Positions 1 through 8,262 of a DNA stretch of 56,910 nucleotides are shown here, in pieces (the stretch's first letter is position 1; each line of letters starts with the position of its first letter). The DNA is taken from IMG/VR virus record IMGVR_UViG_3300014208_000049, positions 1 to 56,910 of that record; one strand, given 5' to 3'. The notes under the pieces are model-generated. The model saw nothing but the letters and a program-made list of their open reading frames with translations, was not told the DNA's origin and did no database searches. This stretch comes from a virus. Its lineage: Duplodnaviria; Caudoviricetes. Position numbers and translations under genes: made by a program.

Positions 1-175
1 CATCACGCCGACCTGCGATGATTCCCGCATCACGCCGACCTGCGACGATCCCCACATCTCGCCGACCTGCGATGATTCCCGCATCTCGCCGACCTGCGAT
101 GATCCCCACATCACGCCGACCTGCGACGATCCCCGCATCTCGCCGACCTGCGACGAGTCCCACATCACGCCGACA
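1..175. repeat. 27-bp tandem repeat encoding SSQVG(V/E)M(R/W)(E/G/D) on the minus strand
   Basis: Consecutive units of catc(a/t)cgccgacctgcga(t/c)ga(t/g)(t/c)ccc(g/a), no spacers. Confidence 0.95.
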
Positions 176-357
176 ATTACTGCCCCGTAAAGATACGCGA
201 CGGTGTTCTCGCGCAATTCCAAATAGATATTTTCGATGGATCGCTTGAGGGTGATAGGCACCCCCGGGTCGGAGTAAATATGTACCGCCGTCGTCTTAGG
301 GAAAGCATCCGGCAGCGCATCCCACTCGGCTTGATTCTTTACGATGATAGTTTTCAA
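1..357 (-). CDS. 5' part of the origin-spanning 9-aa-repeat protein (continues at 56910..56204)
   Basis: AGGAGG then TTG at 357 reads MKTIIVKNQAEWDALPDAF...VIVGVMWDSSQVG into the repeat, no stop before nt 1. Confidence 0.85.
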   Translation of the reverse strand, partial: MKTIIVKNQAEWDALPDAFPKTTAVHIYSDPGVPITLKRSIENIYLELRENTVAYLYGAVIVGVMWDSSQVGEMRGSSQVGVMWGSSQVGEMRESSQVGEMWGSSQVGVMRESSQVGVM

Positions 358-632
358 TTATTCCTCCTATCGTGTACGGTCATGGCGACACCGGCGGGGA
401 GGGGAGGGGCTGTATTTGCTCGATCCCCATGTCCGCGCCGACCTCGCATTCGTCGCAAGTGCCGGGGCATCCTACCCAATCGTAACAGTCGATCCCTTCG
501 TCCTCTACGGTGTCAGGCATCTTCCCTCCCTTCGAGGTTCCGCAGATGGGGGTGTGACGGTGACAGGGCCGATCGTATTCCCTGTGCTTATGAATCCCCG
601 CGTAAGTCGTGGGACTCACCGCCGGTATCGTC

Positions 633-835
633 CTACTCCCCGACCTCGATCGCCTTGAACGCTTCCCACGCCCCGTCCTTGTCGATATTGTCGAGGTCGA
701 TCACGGGAGCGATCTCGTCCTCGGCCCGCGGCACGGCCTTCTCGCCCTTGATGACCGCCTTGAGCAGCTTCTTCGCCTCGGGGGTCGTCGTCCGAAACAC
801 CTTGCCGTCCTGCACGAAATGAATGCCCTTCGCCA
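633..835 (-). CDS. Small hypothetical protein (MAKGIHFVQDG...)
   Basis: GGAGG RBS upstream of ATG; 3' part of ORF 633..1217. Confidence 0.55.
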
Positions 836-865
836 TACTGATTTCCTCCTTCGGATTTGGTGGTG

Positions 866-1099
866 CTACGACTTCGGTGCGATGTCGTTTTCGTTCCTTG
901 CGATCGCGCTGTTCGCCCACATGACGACTTCCTCCAACTTCGTCAGCGCGAGTGACTGCTCCCGACTCTTCGGCGTGAGCGCCAAGATCGTTGTCGCGAA
1001 CGACTTCGCCTCGTCCCGAATCCTGACGTACCGCTCCTGTTGTGTGCCGAACGGCGGGTGATACGTGTACACCTTGTCCAGTTCCGTCCCCTGCGCCAT
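866..1099 (-). CDS. Acb2/Tad1-hairpin-like protein, candidate cyclic-nucleotide sponge
   Basis: YTYHPP...RYVRIR...SREQSLALTKLEEVVMWANSAIARN resembles the Acb2/Tad1 helical hairpin family; AAGGAGG RBS. Confidence 0.65.
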   Translation of the reverse strand: MAQGTELDKVYTYHPPFGTQQERYVRIRDEAKSFATTILALTPKSREQSLALTKLEEVVMWANSAIARNENDIAPKS

Positions 1100-1213
1100 C
1101 AATTTCCTCCTTCTCCTGCTCTAACGTGGCAGGCGCCGGTGTGTGGTACGTAAAGATGCACGGACCTTTCTTGTTCTCGATCGGGTCGAAGCAACGGTTG
1201 CAGGAGGAGTGGG

Positions 1214-1876
1214 TCATAAGAGATACCCCATCTCTTGCATGAATTGGATCGGGTCTTTATTGCACTTCCTGTTGTTGCATCTCTGACACAGCAACTGGAT
1301 ATTGGAAATATAATTCGTTCCCTTCTGCCCTCCTTCTCTCGGCTTCAGCGGGACGATATGGTCTTTGTGGTATCCGCTGCCCAACTTACCTTTACAAGCC
1401 GCACAGCGTCCCTTTTGGAACTTATAAAGCGCGACCACCTCTTCGGCAGTATGACTTCCTTTCGCGTCCATTTTTCGTCCGTAATAGGAGTGCCAGTATG
1501 CCCTGCATAGTTCAATATTGGCGGCCCTCCATTCTGCCGCGACCCTTCTCTTTCTCTCCTGATTCCTTTCCTCCCACGCCTTGCTGGCCGCATAAGCCTT
1601 TTCTCTGTTCGCCTCAACGTATTTCTTCTGGTAGGCTCTCACCTTCTCCCGATTCGCATCTCTCCACATTTTACTTGCCGCCTTACACTTTTCCTTGTTG
1701 TCTTTTTCCCATTCGGTGTTGCGTTTCCTTATCGACTCTTTGTTTATGCCGTAGTATCCTAATTGGTATTCGTGTTTGCATTTTTTGCACCAATAATCAA
1801 GGCCGTCTATTGCCTTGCTCCTTTTGTGGAACTCTAACGACGGCTTTGTAATGTTGCATTTAGTACAACACTTCAT
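1214..1876 (-). CDS. HNH endonuclease (paralog 1, N-terminal CxxC zinc finger)
   Basis: CAAC...HKDHIVPL...NIQLLCQRCN; ends PIQFMQEMGYLL; TAATG overlap with helicase stop; low GC. Confidence 0.9.
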   Translation of the reverse strand: MKCCTKCNITKPSLEFHKRSKAIDGLDYWCKKCKHEYQLGYYGINKESIRKRNTEWEKDNKEKCKAASKMWRDANREKVRAYQKKYVEANREKAYAASKAWEERNQERKRRVAAEWRAANIELCRAYWHSYYGRKMDAKGSHTAEEVVALYKFQKGRCAACKGKLGSGYHKDHIVPLKPREGGQKGTNYISNIQLLCQRCNNRKCNKDPIQFMQEMGYLL

Positions 1877-3147
1877 TATCGTTCTGGCTCCAATTCGTCG
1901 CTGTTCACATTTACCGCCATATAAGCAGTCCACTCTCTGCCCATTATTACTTTTATTATACCTGTTTGCCCCGCCCTGTTCTTGGCAAGCCTAAGTTCAC
2001 CCTTAGATGGAATTATCTCAATGCCAACATCGCAAGCATGTGAGACTTCCGAGGCATACCGAAAATTAAGCATTCCCTTGCCTTGTTCGCTTACTGCGGC
2101 ATTACTCTGTTGGCTCACCGCTATTACACAAGTATCTACGTCTGCTGCCAAGTTCTGCAACTCCATTGCGATTAAGGCCATGCGCTCATTTACGTTCTGT
2201 ATTCCTCTTACCTGTACGTTCTGGATAAAGTCAATAACGCAAACGTCCAACTTTCCATACGTCGCCTTGATGCCTCGCGCTCGCCGGCAGATGTCGTAAA
2301 GTTCGATTTCTTGGCGAAAGGTATGCAACGGCATCTCGGCAAGAAGCCCCACGGCCCCCTCAACCATGATCTCCTCGCGCTCGGTGAGCCTGCCCCGGAA
2401 TATCCTATTGGATGCGATTCCCAAATAGGCCCCTGCAAGTCGTGCGAAAAGCCACCGTTTCGGGATCTCGGCCGAAAAGTAGGCCGCCCTGCCGCCCCAC
2501 AATAGGGTCTGGACGACGCATTGGACCGCCAGGAGCGTCTTTCCTCCCGAGGTAGGTCCTCCTATGGCCCAAAGGAAAGAGGGCACCAGGCCGAACGTGG
2601 CGCGGTCCAGTGCCCTAATTCCGGTCGGGGGTCCGAGGGATTCCATCTTCGCGTTCCTGCGGATCATCGCCATGAACTCCTCGGCCTGATCCGGGGTGAT
2701 CCTGCCGTCCTCTGCGGCCCCTCCGATCTCGCGAACCGTTCCCAAGAAGTCCCTGACCGCCGATACACCCCCTTCTCGGACCAATTCCTGAATCCGGCGC
2801 TTCGTCCTGCGCTCCTTGAGCGATGCCACGGCCTCCATGATCGACGTAGGCGGGATGACGATCGGGTTCGGCCTCGCGATCAGGTCCGACATCGTGGCCC
2901 AGGAATCGACCCTCCCGCGGCGGGCAAGGGCTTCGCCTACGGCGCCGGGGTCAACTGCGCTGCCGGCGACTCGCACGTCGAGAATCGCGTTGAAAATGTC
3001 GCGGTTATCGATGGAAATGAAGTCCTCGGGCGACATGATCGAGACGATCCGCTCGGCCTCGCTGGCGCTTCGCATGGCGGCATCAAGCAAAGCGGCCTCG
3101 ACTTCGAGGAAATTCCTGGATTCGACGATGGGGGCGGGGGTCGTCAC
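1876..3147 (-). CDS. dnaB: DnaB-like replicative helicase
   Basis: DnaB-type N-terminal domain, Walker A GGPTSGGKT, VIDFIQ, SQ and AKNRAG motifs. Confidence 0.9.
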   Translation of the reverse strand: MTTPAPIVESRNFLEVEAALLDAAMRSASEAERIVSIMSPEDFISIDNRDIFNAILDVRVAGSAVDPGAVGEALARRGRVDSWATMSDLIARPNPIVIPPTSIMEAVASLKERRTKRRIQELVREGGVSAVRDFLGTVREIGGAAEDGRITPDQAEEFMAMIRRNAKMESLGPPTGIRALDRATFGLVPSFLWAIGGPTSGGKTLLAVQCVVQTLLWGGRAAYFSAEIPKRWLFARLAGAYLGIASNRIFRGRLTEREEIMVEGAVGLLAEMPLHTFRQEIELYDICRRARGIKATYGKLDVCVIDFIQNVQVRGIQNVNERMALIAMELQNLAADVDTCVIAVSQQSNAAVSEQGKGMLNFRYASEVSHACDVGIEIIPSKGELRLAKNRAGQTGIIKVIMGREWTAYMAVNVNSDELEPER

Positions 3148-3926
3148 CGCAGTTCCTCCAACTCTCTCCCCGCGGTATCCGTCCCTCGCGGCCCCCTGCC
3201 GCTACCGTCCGGCGGCGCGTTCAAATACGACTCGAATTTCGTCCCGAACAGTGTTTCCGGGCGAAGATATTCCTCCATGCTGGCATTGCCCGTCCACTTC
3301 GCAACCTGGTGGTCGATCACCTTTCGGAACTCTTCGATGCCGAATCCTTCCTTCCACCTTGCCGCGATGTGCCGCCTCGTTGCGCGTGACGTAGCGGAGA
3401 ATTTCTTCCCCGTCTTTTCGTTCAAGTATTCGATGATGTCCTTGGCCGGAATGATGTCCTCAAGTTCGCGCTCGTCCTGCTTCGGCGACACCTTCTCCTT
3501 CGGTGCCTTCTTTGACGCCTTCGCGTCCATCGGGATCTCGTAGTATTCCGCGAATTCTTGGACGATGGAGAGCTTGGGCAGGGTCCGCAGCGTGTTGGCG
3601 ATGCCGCATACCTGCTTGGAGTTGGAGGGTACAAAACTCGGTTCGTTGCGAAGCCCCTTGACGATCCAGATGACGGGACGTTCATAGCGTACCCAACCGG
3701 CGGCGATCAGGGCGTCCAGCCCTGCGTCGATGTCGGACGGCTCCGAGGTCTTCATGCGCTCGTACAGCGTCGTCTGGTAGAAGGTGAAGATGCACGGAAA
3801 ATTGCAGTCCCTTGATGTCCTGAGATTAAAGAATACGAGTTGCGTCACGGGGTCGAACGATTGGAATTCCGGGTCATCCCAAATGCACGAATAGATGGAC
3901 CGATACTGTCCCTTTTCAGGAGGCAT
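3144..3926 (-). CDS. Phage replication initiator with conserved phage C-terminal domain
   Basis: IIEYLNEKTGKKF...YLRPETLFGTKFESYLN (Phg_2220_C-like); directly upstream of DnaB. Confidence 0.85.
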   Translation of the reverse strand: MPPEKGQYRSIYSCIWDDPEFQSFDPVTQLVFFNLRTSRDCNFPCIFTFYQTTLYERMKTSEPSDIDAGLDALIAAGWVRYERPVIWIVKGLRNEPSFVPSNSKQVCGIANTLRTLPKLSIVQEFAEYYEIPMDAKASKKAPKEKVSPKQDERELEDIIPAKDIIEYLNEKTGKKFSATSRATRRHIAARWKEGFGIEEFRKVIDHQVAKWTGNASMEEYLRPETLFGTKFESYLNAPPDGSGRGPRGTDTAGRELEELR

Positions 3927-4112
3927 CAGGTGATCTCCGGGGGAAAGAAAATGTGCGCGGGCTTCAGGAGCGGAGGGTGCGGCCCCACACTCTTGAAAGG
4001 GAACCGGGAGGTTTCCTGCTGCCCACGCACAACCGGGGAATCGTATTTCATTTTTGCTCCCGCACGAGCGTCTATTGGAACTCTATGGTATGCGATGCGA
4101 TGAGGATGTCAA
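3926..4112 (-). promoter_or_regulatory. Sigma70 promoter, structured leader and 41-aa uORF coupled to Rep
   Basis: TTGACA(4112-4107)-16-TACCAT; uORF 4051..3926 ends TGATG on the Rep start; nested stems 3932-4042. Confidence 0.65.
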
Positions 4113-4121
4113 GGTGAATCG

Positions 4122-4871
4122 TCATCGGCCGGCGGCGCGTAATGCCTGCTCGGTCCACGCACGGATTCCCGGAAGATTGAACATCTCCTTCGTCGCCCCG
4201 AGCAACTTGCCGACCTCTATCGAAATCTGCACGGCGCCCGTCGTTTTCTCTTCGTCCGCGTCCTTCACGGTGAAGGATATCTTCCCGTCCACGGCGGCCT
4301 GAAGCAACGCCTTCGGGTCGATCACCTTGTACTTCCACGCGGGGACGAAGTTGCTCCCCGCCAGTTCCTCCTTCACGGTCGGCAGCGACACCTGCGGGAC
4401 TTGGATCGGCGCGGCGAGAACCTGCTCCGCAAGGGCCGCGTGGCCCTGCTGTTCGAGGACTGCGGCGCGTTCTACCTGGCGCGTCTCGGCCTTCTTGCGT
4501 TCCTCCTCTTGCGCCAAGCGTTCGCGCTCACGGCGGATGTCCTCCTGGACGGCGTTGTACCCCTCCATCTCGCGCTTGATGATCCCCTTCGCTTCCGTGA
4601 CGGGCTTGAGCGCATCGGCCTTGGCTTGCGTGGCCGCCTTGTGCGCGGCGTTCGCGGCCTTGCAGATGGGGTCGAACGTGGCGGATATCTTCTTTTCAAG
4701 TTGGTGACAGCACAGGAATAGTTCGTTCGCCTTGGCGAGCGTGTCCGAATCCTCCACCTTCAGGGCGCGGGCCTGATCGGGAAGGGTAAGGGCTTCATCA
4801 GCGGCCTGATTGGCGACTTCGATCTGCTGCTCCGTTGCGGCTTCTCCGAGGACAAGTTTGCGGGTCATCAC
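4122..4871 (-). CDS. Coiled-coil phage protein in the recombination module
   Basis: Long Ala/Glu/Lys helical ORF with AGGAG RBS; family (Gam/Gp157-like?) uncertain. Confidence 0.6.
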   Translation of the reverse strand: MMTRKLVLGEAATEQQIEVANQAADEALTLPDQARALKVEDSDTLAKANELFLCCHQLEKKISATFDPICKAANAAHKAATQAKADALKPVTEAKGIIKREMEGYNAVQEDIRRERERLAQEEERKKAETRQVERAAVLEQQGHAALAEQVLAAPIQVPQVSLPTVKEELAGSNFVPAWKYKVIDPKALLQAAVDGKISFTVKDADEEKTTGAVQISIEVGKLLGATKEMFNLPGIRAWTEQALRAAGR

Positions 4872-4908
4872 GTCTCCTATTCGTTTGCCTGATTGTGTGC
4901 CGTCTTCT

Positions 4909-5592
4909 TCACAGCAGATACCCCATCTCCTGCATGAACTGAATCGGGTCTTTACTCCATTTTTTTCGGTTACACGTAGGGCAAAGTAATTGAACGTTTT
5001 TGTCTTCGTTCTTGCCGCCTTTGGCTATAGGGACCACGTGGTCAAGGTGGTAGCCAGTCTTCCGCAGATCGGCTTTGCAGACGGGGCATTTGCCCTTCTG
5101 TAGCATGAGCAACTTCTGGATTATGCCCTTGGATAACTTCCCTCCGTTCGCTTTCTTGCGGGCGCGATGATTTTGAGTGGCAATGTTCTTTTTATCTTTA
5201 TTCTTTAGCCTGTATCTTTCCTGAATCTCCCTGTACTCTGCTGGATGAGATTTGTACCATGCAGTAAACCATGATTTTGCTTTCTCTTTATTTGCTATGC
5301 GGTATGCAGAAGTATTGGCCTTGCTCCTCTCTGGGTTATCCTCTCTCCACTTTGCGCTCCTGGCTTTTATTGTCTCTCTATTCGCTGCGTAATAATTCGA
5401 GCTGTAAGTTTTGGCTTTCTCAACAAGTTCGTCACGTGAACAGGTATTTTTGTGTTTGTAGTTTCTGGATATGCCAATGCCTCTGCATTTTATTGAACAA
5501 TATTTATATTCCCTGCTCCCTTTATTCTTCCTTACCGTGACGCCACCGCAAATACAACATACATATTCCCTATACATTGTCTGCCTAAGCAT
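4909..5592 (-). CDS. HNH endonuclease (paralog 2, N-terminal zinc finger)
   Basis: CPVC...HLDHVVPIAKGGKNEDKNVQLLCPTCN; ends PIQFMQEMGYLL. Confidence 0.9.
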   Translation of the reverse strand: MLRQTMYREYVCCICGGVTVRKNKGSREYKYCSIKCRGIGISRNYKHKNTCSRDELVEKAKTYSSNYYAANRETIKARSAKWREDNPERSKANTSAYRIANKEKAKSWFTAWYKSHPAEYREIQERYRLKNKDKKNIATQNHRARKKANGGKLSKGIIQKLLMLQKGKCPVCKADLRKTGYHLDHVVPIAKGGKNEDKNVQLLCPTCNRKKWSKDPIQFMQEMGYLL

Positions 5593-6238
5593 TACTTGAC
5601 TTCCATCTGTTTATTTGAAGTGCCGCCAAGAAGACGGACCGCAAGGAATACATATTGTCCGCGCTGACATGTTCTATTCGTGGATTCCCCCCATCGCCAT
5701 CCAAGTACACGATGCAACCCTCTGGATACACATTGTCAAGACCCACGACAGAGTTGCCTATGAGTTCCCCGTATGCAGAAACCTGTACTTTATCGCCGGA
5801 TCGCTTCTCTCCGCTTTTGAGGTCGCAAACGGTGAATCTCCCGTCGATTAGCCCAGGGAGGTCTGGCGTTCCTGCGAACCGCCATGAGTTATGCCACATT
5901 GGTACTTCTGCTAACTGGACCACGGACTTGAAAGATGTTATTTTTACGAACTTCTTGTAGCTCTCAAGATACGCCGCGATCCCCTCGCCCAAGGTACTCT
6001 CGTCTAGCGTCCCATGCTCGAACCACGCGATCGCTTGGTGGACCCATGTGCCGACCTGCATCTTGAAATCCGCGTCCGAATTGCGCGGCCCGTACTGCTG
6101 AATCCCCTCGGCCTTGAGGATGCCCGTCACCGACGAAAGAATCTCGCCACCCTTGAGTCGGTACGTGTGCGTCTCTTCATCGAACGTAAGTTCGGCGTGA
6201 TGCGGCTGAAAAACAATCGTGTCGGGGATGGAGATCAA
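5585..6238 (-). CDS. PD-(D/E)XK family exonuclease
   Basis: FDEETHTY, SVTGIL, GTWVH, FAGTPD, DLKSG and QVSAY motifs. Confidence 0.85.
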   Translation of the reverse strand: MISIPDTIVFQPHHAELTFDEETHTYRLKGGEILSSVTGILKAEGIQQYGPRNSDADFKMQVGTWVHQAIAWFEHGTLDESTLGEGIAAYLESYKKFVKITSFKSVVQLAEVPMWHNSWRFAGTPDLPGLIDGRFTVCDLKSGEKRSGDKVQVSAYGELIGNSVVGLDNVYPEGCIVYLDGDGGNPRIEHVSADNMYSLRSVFLAALQINRWKSSNA

Positions 6239-6329
6239 AGTAAAAGCCCCCGGAGATCGTCGCGCCCGGACCAGGGGCTACCCACCCGACAACCTCCCTG
6301 TAGTGAATTTCTCCGGGGGCAGGGGAATA

Positions 6330-6509
6330 TCATGTTGCGGCCTCCTTATCTCGCTTCAATTTCTCCATCGCCGCCTCGCGCAAGAAGTGGGAAATCGCGA
6401 TGCCCTGCTTCGCACACCATCGGGCGATGGATCTGTATTCCGCATCGTAAAAGTTCACGCTATGCGTCCAGTTCTTGCGAAGTTCTTCGGCTATGCGCGG
6501 GCGGCCCAT
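6330..6509 (-). CDS. Ribbon-helix-helix-like DNA-binding protein, 59 aa (not in ORF track)
   Basis: MGRPRIAEELRKNWTHSVNFYDAEYRSIARWCAKQGIAISHFLREAAMEKL; TAATG coupling to HNH stop. Confidence 0.7.
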   Translation of the reverse strand: MGRPRIAEELRKNWTHSVNFYDAEYRSIARWCAKQGIAISHFLREAAMEKLKRDKEAAT

Positions 6510-7183
6510 TAGAGTAAATACCCCATCTCTTGCATGAACTGGATCGGGTTCTTGTTAAATTTCTTCAGGTTGCAGGTAGGACATGTCAGTTGCATATTGG
6601 CATCCTCGTGCTTCCCGGCAGGTTCACCCGTGCGCGGTTTCAGTGGGACTATGTGGTCAAGATGGTAGCCGGTTTCCTTGAGGTCGGCCTTGCAGACAGG
6701 ACATCTTCCTTTCTGTACCTTCCACAACTTCTGAATGATGTCCTTGGAGAGTTTTCCGCCTTTATTTTCCAATGCGATCCGATCGTACTTTCTTATGCGT
6801 CTTTCCTCGCGATGTTCTTCGCGGTATCTTTTAACTTTTTCAGGGTTAGATTTTGCGTACTCCCTTGCCCGTGCCCTGTACTTCTCTGGATCGGAGGCGT
6901 ACATATTTCTCCGATACTCCGCCATCGCCTCTTTTCGTTTTAGATTGTACGCGGAGCAAGTAGCCAACATTCTTTCCCTATTGGCGGCTCTCCACGCCAA
7001 GGTTATTGCCTTGTCTTTGTCGGGATTGTTTTTACGCCACGCCCTGCACTTTTCCCTCTCTTGTTCAAGGTGTTCGGAGCGATACTTTTTGCTGTATGCC
7101 TTGATCTTGTCTGGGTTGTTGGCCTTCCATTTTCTGCACCGTTCTCTTTCGCGTTCCCTTCTCTCTTCTGGCGTCATAGCCAT
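6509..7183 (-). CDS. HNH endonuclease (paralog 3, RNA-leader associated)
   Basis: HLDHIVPL...GEPAGKHEDANMQLTCPTCN; GGAGG RBS before ATG 7183. Confidence 0.9.
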   Translation of the reverse strand: MAMTPEERRERERERCRKWKANNPDKIKAYSKKYRSEHLEQEREKCRAWRKNNPDKDKAITLAWRAANRERMLATCSAYNLKRKEAMAEYRRNMYASDPEKYRARAREYAKSNPEKVKRYREEHREERRIRKYDRIALENKGGKLSKDIIQKLWKVQKGRCPVCKADLKETGYHLDHIVPLKPRTGEPAGKHEDANMQLTCPTCNLKKFNKNPIQFMQEMGYLL

Positions 7184-7316
7184 CAAAGCCTCCGTCCGCC
7201 GGGTGTGACGGCACGCGGCGACAAAGGACGCAACGCTAGCGCGTGGCATCCACCGGAGGCTTTCCCGCTCGCTGTTTCGTAAGCACGCATGGGCCGTCAC
7301 CCTGCGAGAATATGAT
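7184..7316 (-). ncRNA. Conserved structured RNA leader, copy 1 (133 nt)
   Basis: 42/43-nt identical core with copy 2, compensatory change in closing stem, G-U pairs form only on the minus strand. Confidence 0.7.
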
Positions 7317-7322
7317 GTGCTT

Positions 7323-7351
7323 ACGTTACGCCGCATCTTCGGGATTGTCAA
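7323..7351 (-). promoter_or_regulatory. Sigma70 promoter for leader copy 1
   Basis: TTGACA-17-TAACGT. Confidence 0.7.
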
Positions 7352-7628
7352 GGAGTATTCGGTCAATTTCGGCACATAGCAGCGCCCCGGCAATCACGAG
7401 ACTCCTTAGCCTTCCGTGCTTCCTGCGCTTGTCGTGTTCCTCGACGAACGGGAACGCATCGCTGTCGCCGTATTCGTACACGCTCACGCCCTGAATCCCG
7501 TTGACTGCGTAGCACGCTGCGGCGAGGGCCAGTTCGTTGTCCGTGTGGCAACGGTCGTGCTCGGGATCGAATCCCTCCACGGTGATCTGCCGATCGCGTT
7601 CCTTGGTGATAAGTTCAATGCCGGTCAT
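7326..7628 (-). CDS. Conserved phage helical protein (MazG/dNTP-pyrophosphatase-like fold possible)
   Basis: ERDRQI..EG...EHD...ELALAAACYA...LVIAGALLCAEIDR is a recurrent phage family pattern. Confidence 0.55.
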   Translation of the reverse strand: MTGIELITKERDRQITVEGFDPEHDRCHTDNELALAAACYAVNGIQGVSVYEYGDSDAFPFVEEHDKRRKHGRLRSLVIAGALLCAEIDRILLDNPEDAA

Positions 7629-8014
7629 GACTTGGACTCCTTCTCGTACCCCCGGACCGCATCTTTGATGCCTTCGGGCCATTCGGATTCAGGTATAAAC
7701 TTGCCGAGCGATTCCCTGATGTGGTCCGCGTTGGGTTTGCCGATCACGTTCAACCGCAAGGGACCCGGCGCCCCTCCTTCGGGCCATTTGTCTCCCGCGA
7801 AGAGGACGAGGCGTTGTTCGACATCCGACACTTCCCGGTAGCACCTTTCGAACACTTCCTTGGGCGACCAAGAAACGTGCCCGTCCTCGTAGCGGACACG
7901 GTAGCCGTGCGTTTCGACAGCAAGACACGCACGTCCTTCTGATTGGCAGAAACGGGTATATTCCATCGGTTCCGCCGCGATGATCTTCGTGCCGATGTAA
8001 ATCTTCTCGGTCAT
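7625..8014 (-). CDS. YIGTK...GYxVxYxDGxxSWSPKxxFE domain protein, candidate anti-defence sponge
   Basis: Motif seen directly; this domain is commonly fused to Tad2 (DUF2829) and Gp49-family sponges. Confidence 0.55.
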   Translation of the reverse strand: MTEKIYIGTKIIAAEPMEYTRFCQSEGRACLAVETHGYRVRYEDGHVSWSPKEVFERCYREVSDVEQRLVLFAGDKWPEGGAPGPLRLNVIGKPNADHIRESLGKFIPESEWPEGIKDAVRGYEKESKS

Positions 8015-8262
8015 TTCGCCCTCGCCTCCTTCACGTGGGACTCCACGTATTTTATGAGATCGTCCACAGTCTTGACCTTCTCGGCGTCGTCGTCATCGTA
8101 GATGTCGATGGCGAATTCGTCCTCCACTTCCATCGCGAGTTCCATGATGTCCAAGGAGTCAAGGCCGATGTCCTCGATGAGCGTATTCTCGCGGTGAATG
8201 TCGGCCACCGACCGGTCGGACTGACGAGCGACCAGATGGATGATGGTTTCTTCCGTGGTCAT
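8011..8262 (-). CDS. acpP: Acyl carrier protein
   Basis: 83 aa, acidic, DIGLDSLDIMELAMEVEDEFAIDI...KTVDDLIKYV with the phosphopantetheine Ser. Confidence 0.9.
   Translation of the reverse strand: MTTEETIIHLVARQSDRSVADIHRENTLIEDIGLDSLDIMELAMEVEDEFAIDIYDDDDAEKVKTVDDLIKYVESHVKEARAK

Noticed and set aside
1-175. Terminal 27-bp repeats as a CRISPR or guide array
   Set aside because: Units are contiguous with no unique spacers, are a multiple of 3 and lie in frame in a coding sequence
1122-1217. FTYHTP motif upstream of the Acb2/Tad1-like gene as a duplicated remnant
   Set aside because: Too short to distinguish from chance
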